DNA of 64,000 nucleotides from an uncultured delta proteobacterium (GCA_963737905.1 CAVTUQ010000002.1:256001-320000), one strand, 5' to 3'. Positions 18,003 to 28,791 are shown, counted from the first letter of the stretch. Made by a program: numbers and translations. Notes: generated by a model from the sequence alone, not told the origin.

Positions 18003-19058
18003 CTAATCGCGACGTGGCGCGTGTTTGCGGCGGGACGCAGCGGCATCGTTGCGTGGCTGATAGGTTTTGACTGCCTGGCTGTGCGCCTCCAAGTTTTCCG
18101 AGAAAAGGTGGGTGCCGTCGTTTTTTGACACAAAATAAAGAAATGGCACTGAAGCGGGATAGAGTGCGGCTCTTAGAGATGAGAGGCCCGGGTTGCAAAT
18201 CGGCCCCGGCGGAAGGGCAGGAATGCGGTAGGTGTTGTAAGGGCTCGAAGCGTGCAAATCTTTCCGGGTCAAATTACCATTAAAGTCTTTGATACCGTAG
18301 ATAACCGTCGGATCACTTTGCAGCGGCATTTTAAGCTTCAGCCGGTTGTGAAATACAGCCGACACCAGGGGTCTCTCGGCTTCGACACCGGTTTCCTTCT
18401 CAATAATCGAAGCCAGGGTCACGACTTCATGCGGCGATAGACCGTTATCATCGTTTCGCTGTCCGGTCAGGGGTTCGACGCTCTTGCGAAACTGCTCTGC
18501 CATCTTCAGGATGATTTCTCGGGGTGGTGTTTCTGGAATAAAGCTATAGGTGTTTGGAAACAGATAACCTTCGAGACTCCTACCTTGCAGGCCGAGAGAC
18601 GAAAGCAGTTCGGGATCACTGGCGGCGGCAAGGAACTGCTCCTCTCGGACAATACCCATTTTGGCCAACAAATCTGCGACTTCTTTGACCGTCAGTCCTT
18701 CAGGAATTGTAACCCTCTGGAATATCCCTTTGCCGAGCACCATATGGTCGAGAACTTCTGACGGTGACAAAGGCAACTCGAAGCGATAGAGTCCCCAATG
18801 AATTTTTTTCTCTAATCCCGAGTAGCGTGCCCACAGCGAGAAGAGTCTTTCGTTGGTGACGACCTTGTGGTCCCGCAGTTTGCGGACCACCGTAGAAAAT
18901 GATTCTCCTTGTTCGATGCGGATTTCGACGGTGCCGGACCGCGGGGAAGCACCCAGGAAAATGTAGGAGAAAACAAATCCTGCAAAAAGTACAGCCGAAA
19001 CAAAGACGAGGCAAAGAGTAATGAGAAAAGACTTCATCCCTAAAAAGCGAAAGGACAC
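18003..19058 (-). CDS. mltG: Endolytic transglycosylase MltG
   Basis: N-terminal TM segment, TIPEG, LEGYLFPNTY, LASIIEKE, LQSDPT, SPYNTY, LPPGPICNPG and LYFVSK. Confidence 0.95.
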   Translation of the reverse strand: MSFRFLGMKSFLITLCLVFVSAVLFAGFVFSYIFLGASPRSGTVEIRIEQGESFSTVVRKLRDHKVVTNERLFSLWARYSGLEKKIHWGLYRFELPLSPSEVLDHMVLGKGIFQRVTIPEGLTVKEVADLLAKMGIVREEQFLAAASDPELLSSLGLQGRSLEGYLFPNTYSFIPETPPREIILKMAEQFRKSVEPLTGQRNDDNGLSPHEVVTLASIIEKETGVEAERPLVSAVFHNRLKLKMPLQSDPTVIYGIKDFNGNLTRKDLHASSPYNTYRIPALPPGPICNPGLSSLRAALYPASVPFLYFVSKNDGTHLFSENLEAHSQAVKTYQPRNDAAASRRKHAPRRD

Positions 19059-19088
19059 GGAAACAAAGACCCGGGTTGCGCAAACGCG

Positions 19089-19661
19089 CTAATTTTCCGT
19101 CAAATTAACTTTCATCCAGCCCTCGATTTGACGCAGGAATCCGGCGAAGGGGTCCTCACCCGGCTCCGCGGCAAAATAAGCTTTGCGGGTATAATCCAGT
19201 GCGCCGGAATAGTATTCAAACTTCTTCGAAAGTTCTTGAAACAGAATGAAGCCGGTACGGTAAAGGGACAGATCGAGCTCGGAAACCGTCCAGTACGACC
19301 GGCTTCCTTCTTCAAGGTAGTAGCCAAGAAACCCTCTCCCCTCTACGTGACTACGAAAAATTCCGCTCATGAACAGCGCATAGTCTCCGAGGTATTTGCG
19401 CAAGGACCTTTCTTTGAGGAGTTGAGTTTCGTCGACCGGCGCGGAGGGTTGCTCCGAGAGAATTTCAACCATGCTCTCCATGCGTTTGCCCTTTCGCGAG
19501 CGAATTCGATAAAGATTCTCGCTCTTGGCAAAATCGGTCAGCACGTCCGCCATATAGCGCGTCACGGTTGAGTCGTAGATGCCTAATTGCCGGAAGCTTT
19601 GGCGAATGACATCATGAAAGAAGCTATGTAGTTTGGTATTGGGTGCGCGTTTTTCCATCAT
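19089..19661 (-). CDS. Conserved hypothetical all-alpha protein
   Basis: 190 aa with RKYLGDYALFMSGIF...YYLEEGSRSY, a motif I recognise from an uncharacterised family. An extended -10 promoter lies directly upstream. Confidence 0.75.
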   Translation of the reverse strand: MMEKRAPNTKLHSFFHDVIRQSFRQLGIYDSTVTRYMADVLTDFAKSENLYRIRSRKGKRMESMVEILSEQPSAPVDETQLLKERSLRKYLGDYALFMSGIFRSHVEGRGFLGYYLEEGSRSYWTVSELDLSLYRTGFILFQELSKKFEYYSGALDYTRKAYFAAEPGEDPFAGFLRQIEGWMKVNLTEN

Positions 19662-19824
19662 GCTTTTATGATACCAAAGTTGTGTTTTCTTGGGAAGATT
19701 TTGCTTTTGGGCAAGGGTGGGGTCGCGAATCCGCCGGCTATTATCACTCTAGCCATTTTTTGCATGAAAGCTATAATAGCGCAGCGTTCTCCACTTCTGG
19801 CACTTCGCTAACCCGGAGGAAACC

Positions 19825-20346
19825 ATGGCAAGGGACCTCAAAGAGGAGTTTTTCCGACTTGATGGCGCATGGGCATCGTTTGAGCTTATGTCGATTCGCC
19901 GGCGTGACGATTACTTAAAGCCCTTTCGCGTGCTCCGTTGTAAGATCGATGACCAGGTTGACTTCCAAGCTCCAGAGACGCGGCGCAGTGCCACCGAAGC
20001 TACGGTCTTGATCGAGATTTTCGGCGAGGAGGAACTTGTGGCCGCCAACGGTCGAGGTCCGGTGCAGGCCGTTGACAACGCCATGAGAAAAATCCTTGAG
20101 AAGCATTACCCGCAACTATCTGAGGTCAGTTTGGAGGAGTTCGACGTTCGATTGCTGCACCATGGTGCCATCATCGGGGATGACGAAGACAGGGGTGCCG
20201 GCGCGTTGGTTAGAGTTCTGGCTATTTTTTCAGATGGCGCTGACCGATGGGGCACCGTGGGCGTGGCAGCGGACATCCTCCAGGCCAGCGTCGAGTGCAT
20301 CATTGACGGTCTCGAGTGGAAACTTCGCGGCGAACATAAGCACTAG
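19825..20346 (+). CDS. Stand-alone LeuA/CimA allosteric (regulatory) domain protein
   Basis: TEATV, AANGRGPVQAVDNAMRKIL, YPQLSEVSLEEFDVR, VRVL and WGTVGVAADILQAS match the citramalate/isopropylmalate synthase C-terminal domain. It has its own GGAGG RBS. Confidence 0.8.
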   Translation: MARDLKEEFFRLDGAWASFELMSIRRRDDYLKPFRVLRCKIDDQVDFQAPETRRSATEATVLIEIFGEEELVAANGRGPVQAVDNAMRKILEKHYPQLSEVSLEEFDVRLLHHGAIIGDDEDRGAGALVRVLAIFSDGADRWGTVGVAADILQASVECIIDGLEWKLRGEHKH

Positions 20347-20400
20347 AATTAACGCGTAGATCTATACTAGTGGAATGACACACGGCCAGGAGCGCTTGGT

Positions 20401-22131
20401 TTACGGTAGAGGAAGTCCGGAACCGGAGCCGGGAGCATAAGCGTTTCGCAGATACTGCGACACCATGCGCTGGGTGTTAAAGAACGAGCCATTGAGCGCG
20501 ATGGCGAACCGCATGACCTCGGTAAACTTGGGGGTTTCTTTGTAAAAGAGGGGGAGAATGATTTGCTCGAGCTTCTTGTATAGGGACTGGACTTCCGCCT
20601 CCGAGTCGTTATCCATTACGTTCGGCTCACCGATGGACCAGCCGGTCACACCCTCAACGTGGCCTTCGATCCACCAACCATCCAGAACACTAAAGCTCGG
20701 CACGCCGTTCAGAGCGGCTTTCATCCCGCTGGTACCCGACGCTTCCTGCGGTCTAAGCGGTGTATTGAGCCAAACATCGACCCCGGAACAGATGAGCTTT
20801 CCCAATGCCATATCGTAATTTTCCAAGTAGACAACACGAACGTCGTTCGCCAAAGCAGCCGCCGCTTCGAAGATTCGGCGAATAATGGCTTTGCCGCCTT
20901 CGTCTCGTGGGTGGGCCTTGCCGGCGTAGACCAACTGCAATGGACCCCCATTGAGCGCTATCTGCTTTAAGCGATCTACCTCCTTGAAGAGCAGGTCGGC
21001 GCGTTTGTAGGCCGTGGCGCGCCGGGCAAAGCCAAGGGTGAAAATGGACTCATCGAGCTGAATACCCGTGAGCCAGCGTACTTGCTGGAACAGCTCTTTC
21101 TTCGCTTGCGCGTGCGCTTGACCAATTTCGTACAAGGGGATTCCAACGGCGTAGCGGAGGTAGCAGTTATCGCGGCGCCATTCTGGTATCATGCGATCAT
21201 ACAGCGCGCAAAATGGCGCTGACGTCCAAGCGACGGTGTGGACACCATTGGTAATTGCGCCGATGTCGTAGTCCGGGAACATTTTGCGCGAAACCTCTCC
21301 GTGACGCAAAGACACCCCGTTTGCATAGTGGGAGAGCCGAAGCGCCAGCTCGGTCATATTGAGGTCGCCGTTCATCACCCCCAGCTGACCGAGAATCGCA
21401 GCACACTGCTCACCCAGCACCTGACGAATCAGGTTGGCATCAAAACGGTCGTGGCCAGCCGGAACCGGAGTGTGGGTTGTAAAAACGCATTGCTGCCGCA
21501 CCGCTTCTATTTCAGCTTCTGACACGCCCTGCATTATATGCGGGCCCGCCCGCTCCTCCAGCAGCGCAACCGTGATGAACGCGGAGTGCCCCTCGTTCAT
21601 GTGGAAGACGCGCACGTTTGCATATCCGAGGGCGCGGAGCACCGCCAAACCACCAAACCCTAAAATCGACTCCTGGCACAAACGATAATGTTCATCGCCG
21701 CCATACAGATGGTCGGTGAGAACGCGATCTCGGGGATCGTTCTCATCCAAGTCTGTATCGAGAAGTAATAGCGGTACCGCGTGTCCGGAGATGCCGCGAA
21801 AGAGATACCTCCAGGCACGCACGATTACATTTCGCCCTTCAATTCCTATCGACACCCGCTGCGGCAAGGGCTCAAGACGATTTTCCGGCGACCATTTGGA
21901 TGGGCTCTCTAGCTGATTGCCTCGGGCATCGAGCCGCTGGTCGAAGTAGCCCTTGCGGTGAAGCAGAGTAACGGCGACCATCGGCACTCCAAGATCCGCC
22001 GCTGAGCGCAACATGTCGCCAGCTAATATACCCAGTCCGCCGCTATAGGTGGGGATATCGGAGTCGATTGCCACGTCCATGGAGCAATAGGCGATTGTAC
22101 CGGTCGAAAAAGAGGTCAGCAATGGGTTCAT
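20401..22131 (-). CDS. glgP: Alpha-glucan (glycogen/maltodextrin) phosphorylase
   Basis: YSGGLGILAGD, HMNEGH, FTTHTPVPAGHD, ARRATAYKR, AGKAHP and the PLP motif EASGTSGMK. Confidence 0.93.
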   Translation of the reverse strand: MNPLLTSFSTGTIAYCSMDVAIDSDIPTYSGGLGILAGDMLRSAADLGVPMVAVTLLHRKGYFDQRLDARGNQLESPSKWSPENRLEPLPQRVSIGIEGRNVIVRAWRYLFRGISGHAVPLLLLDTDLDENDPRDRVLTDHLYGGDEHYRLCQESILGFGGLAVLRALGYANVRVFHMNEGHSAFITVALLEERAGPHIMQGVSEAEIEAVRQQCVFTTHTPVPAGHDRFDANLIRQVLGEQCAAILGQLGVMNGDLNMTELALRLSHYANGVSLRHGEVSRKMFPDYDIGAITNGVHTVAWTSAPFCALYDRMIPEWRRDNCYLRYAVGIPLYEIGQAHAQAKKELFQQVRWLTGIQLDESIFTLGFARRATAYKRADLLFKEVDRLKQIALNGGPLQLVYAGKAHPRDEGGKAIIRRIFEAAAALANDVRVVYLENYDMALGKLICSGVDVWLNTPLRPQEASGTSGMKAALNGVPSFSVLDGWWIEGHVEGVTGWSIGEPNVMDNDSEAEVQSLYKKLEQIILPLFYKETPKFTEVMRFAIALNGSFFNTQRMVSQYLRNAYAPGSGSGLPLP

Positions 22132-22279
22132 AAGGGTTTGGAATTACGAGGATTTTCTTTGATTAGTATCAAACCTCTGGCAGTGAAAAGTGTAACACAG
22201 ATCAGCGGTTCCATCAATTAATTAACGTTGGCCTCGTTGGCCTGGAGTGAGATCTAACTTATCAGGAAATGCGCCGAGA

Positions 22280-22308
22280 TTGTCTCCGAGTCGGTCGCAC
22301 CGTATAGT
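22280..22308 (+). promoter_or_regulatory. Sigma-70 promoter, leaderless geometry
   Basis: TTGTCT-17-TATAGT, with ATG 22315 beginning 7 nt after the -10 box and no SD. Confidence 0.55.
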
Positions 22309-22314
22309 CCGGTG

Positions 22315-22650
22315 ATGAAACTTCAAGATGGATCAAGCATGGTCGCGGACTTGACCACCATCGGGCGCAAAAGCGGCGAGCGGCGGACCGTCGAGCTCCG
22401 TTTCATCTACTATCATGGGTGCTTTTACGCCTCGTCGAGTAAAGTGGAGGGAAAGCACTGGTGCCAGAATATGCTCAAGACTCCTACCGTGGAAATAAAT
22501 GCCAAAGGCGAACGGTTCTCATGCGCAGCGACGCAGGTGAGGGATGAGAAACTCCGCCGGCACATCCTCACACTGCGCGATTCATCGCCGCTGATGGATC
22601 GCGTGGTTTTTGAAATCAAGCCTAGCCCCCTGACTTCGTCCGGAGAATAG
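22315..22650 (+). CDS. Nitroreductase/quinone reductase family protein (Ddn/DUF385-like, F420H2-dependent split barrel)
   Basis: LTTIGRKSGERRTVEL and HWCQNMLKTPTVEI motifs. Confidence 0.75.
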   Translation: MKLQDGSSMVADLTTIGRKSGERRTVELRFIYYHGCFYASSSKVEGKHWCQNMLKTPTVEINAKGERFSCAATQVRDEKLRRHILTLRDSSPLMDRVVFEIKPSPLTSSGE

Positions 22651-22690
22651 ACGTTACAACCGTTCAAACACTTTGCCGAAAAAGTGATTT

Positions 22691-22906
22691 TTATTTCTTT
22701 GGCTCTTCCTTCTGCTCTTGCATCTTTTTTTCCAGGTTCTCGGCGCCTTTTTGCATTCCCTCGTACATCTGCTTTTCCTTCTGCATCCCTTCTTGGATCG
22801 CCTTCTGCGCTTCTAGATTTCGATCCGCTGAATCTTTTTTATCTCCGCAGGAGCCAAGAGCACATGCCAAGATGGGGATAATCACCAAGCGTTGCAACAG
22901 TTTCAT
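22691..22906 (-). CDS. Small lipoprotein, hypothetical
   Basis: Lipobox-like LGSC after a hydrophobic stretch, a charged helical mature region, and an AAGGA RBS. Confidence 0.7.
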   Translation of the reverse strand: MKLLQRLVIIPILACALGSCGDKKDSADRNLEAQKAIQEGMQKEKQMYEGMQKGAENLEKKMQEQKEEPKK

Positions 22907-23034
22907 CAGTGGGTTCCTTCTTTCTCTCGTGTAATGAGTTTAGTTAGCAGGAAAGGACACGGACACGCAACTCATTCGGCGTTCATGACCGAATGAATTC
23001 CATGGTTTTTCTTCCATGACGATTCTGATATTTT

Positions 23035-23874
23035 ATGGCCATGGCCCGCCTCGCGATAACCATCGCTCTTGTGGTGCTGCTCTCCTCATCTTCCATCTCG
23101 GTTTCCTCTCAAGCTCCTGCGACGAGATTAAAAACCAACCCCGCTCTGACCGTGACCGACGCGGGAAGCTGGAAGACGATTCAAAAGGGAGTTGAAGTCC
23201 GCAAAATGACCCTCGAACGTTCCGAACCGAGTCACGGCATCGACCTAAAGCTGCTTCGTTTTGATCGGCAGTGGATCGTCCCTCGGGTCCTTCGCAGCGC
23301 CCAATTTCAACTGAAAGGCGCCAATGCGAAAACGTTCGCTGAGAAGAGCGGCGCCCTCGCAACGATCAACGGCAGCTATTTCGACACCGACGGAAAACCC
23401 CTCGCGTTTCTCAAAGTAGCCAGCCAGGCATTCAATGCGCGAGTTGCCAAGAACTCTCTCTATACCGGAGTTTTCAGTATCAGGGATCAGCAGCCACTCA
23501 TTTCGCACCGCGACGATTTTCTTCCCGAGCAGGCGGACGAGGGGCTTCAGTCAGGCCCTTTGCTCCTCCTCCATGGAACCGCTCAGGCGGTGACGGGGGT
23601 ACCGAACCGAGCCAACCGACGCGCCTTGATCGGCGTCGACCAGGAACAACGATTGGTTATCGCGGTGGCGGACAGTTTGCTCGGCGGCCTTCACTGGCCG
23701 GAACTTCAAGAAATCTTCTCAGCGCCGCCTTGGCAAATCCAGGTTACGGATCTATTGAACCTCGACGGCGGCGGCTCCGCTCAACTGTATGTCAAAACGA
23801 GTAAGTTTGAGGACCTCGTGGCGGGGACTGCAGAAGTTCCCGTCGCCATCGGCTTCTTCAACCGGGCTAATTAG
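23035..23874 (+). CDS. Phosphodiester glycosidase (NAGPA) family protein
   Basis: Signal peptide, INGSYF, QSGPLL, RRALIG and NLDGGGSAQL. Confidence 0.85.
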   Translation: MAMARLAITIALVVLLSSSSISVSSQAPATRLKTNPALTVTDAGSWKTIQKGVEVRKMTLERSEPSHGIDLKLLRFDRQWIVPRVLRSAQFQLKGANAKTFAEKSGALATINGSYFDTDGKPLAFLKVASQAFNARVAKNSLYTGVFSIRDQQPLISHRDDFLPEQADEGLQSGPLLLLHGTAQAVTGVPNRANRRALIGVDQEQRLVIAVADSLLGGLHWPELQEIFSAPPWQIQVTDLLNLDGGGSAQLYVKTSKFEDLVAGTAEVPVAIGFFNRAN

Positions 23875-25310
23875 TCGAGGGAGAAAAAAGCAATACGGCT
23901 CCAATCGAGTACCCTGGCTGGAAGGATTCCCAGATAAACGGTTCCAAAGACCGCCAGCGCTACCGCAATGTAGAGGTAACGCGATTGGCGAAAGCTTTTT
24001 CCTTCGACGCCACCCTCCTCCATATACATCGCCACGACGACGCGCAGGTAGTAGACAACCGACAAGAGACTGTTAAGAACGCCGATGATCGCCAAATTCG
24101 TATGACCGGCAAGTATCGCGGAACGAAAGATATAAAACTTTCCCGTGAACCCCGCGAGGGGAGGGAATCCCGCCAGCGATAACATGAAAAGCGACATGGC
24201 GGCGGCAAGAAAAGGCCGTTTGAACCCCAGTCCGGCAAAATCACTGTAGTTGTCACGAGGGCCGTCCGAGTCCGTCAAACTGGTGAGCACGGCGAAGGCA
24301 CCGACGGTCATAAATGTATACGTGACCACATAAAATAGCAGCGGGGGTCCTCCCCACTCCTCTCCCACAACCAGGGCGATGAGTAGATATCCTGCATGCG
24401 CGACGCTCGAATAGGCAAGCATCCGTTTGACGCTCGCTTGCGACAGCGCGAGCAAATTCCCTACCGTCATGGTTGCGATCGCCATCAGCCATAACGGACT
24501 GGCCCAATCGCTATCGAAAGGCGACAGCTTGTGCATCAGAATTCGCGCCCAAGCGGCGAAAGCGGCGGCCTTCACCGCGACAGACATGAAACCTGTGACC
24601 GGCGTCGGCGCGCCCTCATAGACGTCCGGAATCCAAAAATGAAACGGCACTGCTCCGACCTTGAAAGCGAACCCGACTACCAACAGTAAGACTCCGCCGG
24701 CGAGATAAAGCGGCCGCTCGGTCATGGGCTCGACCAAATGAGCGGAGATTTCGTTGAGGTTGGTTGAGCCGGTGGCGCCGTAGATCAACGCGATGCCGTA
24801 AAGCAGAAAGCCGGTGGCGAAAGCGCCCATTAAAAAATACTTCATGGCGGCTTCGCTGGACCGGCTGCTCGCGCGCCACATGCCGGTCAGAATATAGACG
24901 GCCACGGACATGGTTTCGAGGCCGAGAAAAAAAACGATCAGATCGTTGGCCGCGGCCATGACAATCATGCCGACCGTGGCAAAGAGAATCAGGGCATGGA
25001 ATTCGCCTTCGTGGATTCTTGTTTCCCTCACATAGTGAATCGACGCCAGGATCGTCAGCCCGGCACCGACCAGGATAATCTGTGTAAAGAAGAGCGCAAA
25101 ATTATCCAGCAAAAGAGTGTCGCCGAAGGCACCGTCCTGACTCCCCCACAAAACTAAGGTTTCCACACCGCACAGCACCAAACCCAAAAGCCCGATCCAA
25201 GCCAAGAGCCCCTTTTCATTTTCTTTGAGAAAAAGATCCAACAACATCACGACTAACGCCGTCAGCAAAACTTGCGCCGCAGGGAGAAGTGGGATGAGAT
25301 TAACGTCCAT
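23871..25310 (-). CDS. nuoN: NADH-quinone oxidoreductase subunit N
   Basis: EAAMKYFLMG, FKVGAVPFHFWIPDVYEGAP, KRMLAYSSVAHAGY and SLAGFPPLAGFTGK. Confidence 0.95.
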   Translation of the reverse strand: MDVNLIPLLPAAQVLLTALVVMLLDLFLKENEKGLLAWIGLLGLVLCGVETLVLWGSQDGAFGDTLLLDNFALFFTQIILVGAGLTILASIHYVRETRIHEGEFHALILFATVGMIVMAAANDLIVFFLGLETMSVAVYILTGMWRASSRSSEAAMKYFLMGAFATGFLLYGIALIYGATGSTNLNEISAHLVEPMTERPLYLAGGVLLLVVGFAFKVGAVPFHFWIPDVYEGAPTPVTGFMSVAVKAAAFAAWARILMHKLSPFDSDWASPLWLMAIATMTVGNLLALSQASVKRMLAYSSVAHAGYLLIALVVGEEWGGPPLLFYVVTYTFMTVGAFAVLTSLTDSDGPRDNYSDFAGLGFKRPFLAAAMSLFMLSLAGFPPLAGFTGKFYIFRSAILAGHTNLAIIGVLNSLLSVVYYLRVVVAMYMEEGGVEGKSFRQSRYLYIAVALAVFGTVYLGILPARVLDWSRIAFFSLD

Positions 25311-26850
25311 CGTTCTGATTTTGTCCGCCGGCAGCGTCGTTGACGGCTGTAGGTGTCCCTTGAATGGCGAAGACTCTCTTGAGCGTCACATCAATGGATG
25401 GCTTCATCCGGCTCAAAAACGGTTGCGGATAAAGTCCCATCACGATGATCAATGCCACCACCGGCGCGAGGATAAGGATCTCTCGGCCGTCCAGGTCTTT
25501 GAGTTTCTGGTTTTCCGGATTGGCCAGCGGGCCAAAAATCACGCGCCGAAACATCCATAGCATGTAGATCGCGCTCAGGATCATACCGGTGGCCGCGGCA
25601 ACCGCCCACCCCGGGATGACAGCGAAGGCGCCCAGCAAGATCAGAAACTCCCCGACAAAGCCGTTCAGTCCCGGCAATCCGATGGACGAGAAAGTCACGA
25701 CGAGCAACAGAACGGAAAAGATCGGCAGCTGCTTCCACAGGCCGCCAAAATCTTCGATCATACGGGTATGGCGGCGGTCGTAAATCATGCCCACCAGCAA
25801 AAAGAGTGCACCGGTGGAGAGCCCATGGTTCAGCATCTGGTAGATGCCGCCCTGGACTCCTTGCAAATTGAACACGAAAAGACCCAGCATGACAAAACCA
25901 AGATGACTGACGGATGAATAGGCAACCAGCTTTTTAATGTCGGTCTGCATCATCGCCACCAAAGCGCCATAGATGATACCGACCACCGCCAGCGCAATGA
26001 TGACCGGCGCCGCGGCCAGCGCGGCTGCCGGGAACAGGGGAATCGCGAAGCGCACGAAGCCATAGGTGCCAAGTTTGAGGAGAATGGCGGCAAGGATAAC
26101 CGAGCCTGCAGTGGGCGCCTCCACATGGGCATCCGGCAGCCAGGTATGGAACGGAAAGAGCGGCACTTTAATGGCGAAGGAAAGCGCGAATGCCAGAAAG
26201 AGCCAGACCTGCTCATGGAAAGGCAAATGCAGATTATAAAGTTGGAGCAGGTCGAAAGTCAGGACTTGGGTCTGTTGCGCGTGACGGGTTGCGATGTAGA
26301 TGATCGCCACCAGCATCAGTAAGCTCCCGGCCATGGTATAGAGGACAAATTTAACCGCCGCATAGATCCGGCGCGGTCCGCCCCAGACGCCGATAAGAAA
26401 ATACATGGGGACCAGCATGACTTCCCAGAACACGTAGAAAAGAAAGAGATCCAACGCGACGAAGGCGCCGAGCATGCCGGTTTCTAAAATCAGCATGAAA
26501 AACAGATACTCTTTGATCTTGTCCTTTACAGACCACGACCCCAAGATCGCGATCGGCATGAGAAAGGTTGTGAGCAAGACCAGAAACAGACTGATACCGT
26601 CAATGCCAACGAGGTATTCAATCCCATAAAAGCGCATCCATGGCACGCGTTCGACCAACTGCATCTCCCCATTGCCGCCGTCAAACTGGTTTAGGATGTT
26701 GAGCGACCAAAGAAATGCCAGGCTGGTGAAAAACAATGCCCAGACGAATAGAGTCCGCGTGCTTCGCCGGGAGATCAGCATAAGTCCCAGGGCGCCGATA
26801 ACCGGGATGGCGAGCAGCACGCTCAAATTTCCTAGGGCTAACGCAGGCAT
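25300..26850 (-). CDS. nuoM: NADH-quinone oxidoreductase subunit M
   Basis: FYVFWEVMLVP, KVPLFPFHTWLPDAHVEAP, LKLGTYG and KKLVAYSSVSHLG. Confidence 0.95.
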   Translation of the reverse strand: MPALALGNLSVLLAIPVIGALGLMLISRRSTRTLFVWALFFTSLAFLWSLNILNQFDGGNGEMQLVERVPWMRFYGIEYLVGIDGISLFLVLLTTFLMPIAILGSWSVKDKIKEYLFFMLILETGMLGAFVALDLFLFYVFWEVMLVPMYFLIGVWGGPRRIYAAVKFVLYTMAGSLLMLVAIIYIATRHAQQTQVLTFDLLQLYNLHLPFHEQVWLFLAFALSFAIKVPLFPFHTWLPDAHVEAPTAGSVILAAILLKLGTYGFVRFAIPLFPAAALAAAPVIIALAVVGIIYGALVAMMQTDIKKLVAYSSVSHLGFVMLGLFVFNLQGVQGGIYQMLNHGLSTGALFLLVGMIYDRRHTRMIEDFGGLWKQLPIFSVLLLVVTFSSIGLPGLNGFVGEFLILLGAFAVIPGWAVAAATGMILSAIYMLWMFRRVIFGPLANPENQKLKDLDGREILILAPVVALIIVMGLYPQPFLSRMKPSIDVTLKRVFAIQGTPTAVNDAAGGQNQNDGR

Positions 26851-26853
26851 GAT

Positions 26854-28791
26854 TTATTGTTGATTGAGAAAGTAAGCCAACAGCGCGAGGGTCGCGGCCA
26901 GGAAACCCGCCAGGTAATGCTGAACATTGCCGGTCTGGGCTTCACGCCAAATCAGGCTTAAACCTTTGGCTCCTTTCGCAACGCCGTTGACCAACCCATC
27001 GATAACCGCGGGGTCGAAAACCTGAGCCAACCACCGGGAACAGGTGGTGAACGGCCGCACGATAAGAATGTCATAGAGTTCGTCGATATAGTATTTGTGA
27101 AGCAAGAGACGGTAGGGACCGCCGCCGGCCAGCGAAGCGAGTCGATCGGGCAGTTTGCTCGCCCTGCCGTATGCAAAATAGGCGAGTAGAAATCCCAGCC
27201 CGCCGATCGCGAACGTGAGCAAGGTCAAATTAATTTCGTCGGTCGAAGAACCCTGCGCCGCCTCGTGGACACCACCAAACATCGGTTGGAGCCAGCGGTC
27301 CCAAAGACTTCCCCACAGATAGTCGGGAGCGCCCAACCAACCCGCAAAGATGGAGCCGGCCGCGAGGACGACCAGGGGCACGATCATGACCGCGGGCGAT
27401 TCATGAATATGGGCCTTCACATGTTCGTCTGCCCGACACTCGCCATGAAAAACCGTAAAGAGCTGTCGAAACATGTAAAATGCCGTCAGTCCCGCCGTTA
27501 GCCAGCCGATAAACCAGAGTCCAGTCGAGCCATGAGGGCTGCTGTAGGCTTGCCAAAGGATGGAATCTTTGGAGAAAAATCCGGCGGTAAACGGGGCTCC
27601 CGCGATCGCCAAAGTCGCAATCGCATAAGTCCAATAAGTCGCCGGTAGATAGGCCTTGAGACCGCCCATCTTGCGCATATCCTGTTCGCCGTCGAGGGCA
27701 TGAATCACGCTGCCGGAGCCCAGAAAAAGACACGCCTTGAAAAAGGCATGGGTAAAAAGATGAAAGATCGCCGCACTGAACGCCCCGACTCCCAAAGCGA
27801 CAAACATATAGCCAAGTTGGCTCACCGTGGAATAGGCCAGGACCCGTTTAATGTCGTTTTGCGTGACCGCCACGGTGGCGGCAAAAAAGGCCGTCGCCGC
27901 GCCGATGGCCGCGATCAATGACAAGATCTCGGGCGCCAGGACGAAGAGAAAATGGAGCCGCGCGGTCATGTAAGCGCCGGCCGTGACCATGGTCGCTGCA
28001 TGGATCAGCGCGCTGACCGGCGTCGGTCCCGCCATCGCGTCCGGCAGCCATACAAAGAGCGGAATTTGCGCTGACTTTCCTGTGGCACCGACAAAGAGCA
28101 ACAAAGTGATGAGCGTAATTTTTTCCGGGCTCAATAGATGCACATGCTTCTGCAGCTCCATGAAGTCCAAGGTCCAGATACCCTGGCGCCCTAGCTCCGT
28201 AACGATAAGCAGGATTCCCAATACAAAACCAAAATCGCCGATGCGGTTGACGATGAATGCCTTGTTTCCCGCGATCGTATTGGCGTGATCCTGGTACCAG
28301 AAGCCGATCAGGAGATAGGAACAGAGACCCACACCTTCCCAACCGATGAAGAGCACAAGAAGATTATCTCCCATCACGAGCACGAGCATGAAAAAGATAA
28401 ACAGGTTCAGATAGACGAAAAAACGAACCATTCCTTCATCGTGGCCCATATAGCCGAGCGAATAGATATGGATCAAAAAGCCGATGCCGGTGACGATGAG
28501 CAGCATCACCGCGGTCAGGGCATCGACTTGAAAAGAAAGTTTGACCTGAAATGAGCCCGACTCGATCCAGGTATAGAGGGTATCCCGAAACACCCCGGTG
28601 GCCGGGAGGAGCCAAAAAATGTACAGGGCAATGGCGAAGGAGGCCAAGACGGCCGCGCATGCCAACCCGCCGGCGGTCTTTCTTCCCAGGCGAGTCCCAA
28701 AAAATATATTGATCAAGCTCGCCAGCAGTGGAATCAGCGGCATCCAGCGGAGGAGCTCAACCGTCGCAACGGTTTGGGTGGGGGCTACCAT
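26854..28791 (-). CDS. nuoL: NADH-quinone oxidoreductase subunit L
   Basis: [53 protein letters not shown] and THAFFKA. The true start is about 28791, overlapping the nuoK end, and the ORF-track extension to 29301 is spurious. Confidence 0.95.
   Translation of the reverse strand: MVAPTQTVATVELLRWMPLIPLLASLINIFFGTRLGRKTAGGLACAAVLASFAIALYIFWLLPATGVFRDTLYTWIESGSFQVKLSFQVDALTAVMLLIVTGIGFLIHIYSLGYMGHDEGMVRFFVYLNLFIFFMLVLVMGDNLLVLFIGWEGVGLCSYLLIGFWYQDHANTIAGNKAFIVNRIGDFGFVLGILLIVTELGRQGIWTLDFMELQKHVHLLSPEKITLITLLLFVGATGKSAQIPLFVWLPDAMAGPTPVSALIHAATMVTAGAYMTARLHFLFVLAPEILSLIAAIGAATAFFAATVAVTQNDIKRVLAYSTVSQLGYMFVALGVGAFSAAIFHLFTHAFFKACLFLGSGSVIHALDGEQDMRKMGGLKAYLPATYWTYAIATLAIAGAPFTAGFFSKDSILWQAYSSPHGSTGLWFIGWLTAGLTAFYMFRQLFTVFHGECRADEHVKAHIHESPAVMIVPLVVLAAGSIFAGWLGAPDYLWGSLWDRWLQPMFGGVHEAAQGSSTDEINLTLLTFAIGGLGFLLAYFAYGRASKLPDRLASLAGGGPYRLLLHKYYIDELYDILIVRPFTTCSRWLAQVFDPAVIDGLVNGVAKGAKGLSLIWREAQTGNVQHYLAGFLAATLALLAYFLNQQ

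Noticed and set aside
20401-22131. Short glgP as a truncated pseudogene
   Set aside because: All catalytic and PLP-binding motifs are present in one uninterrupted frame, consistent with a compact phosphorylase form.
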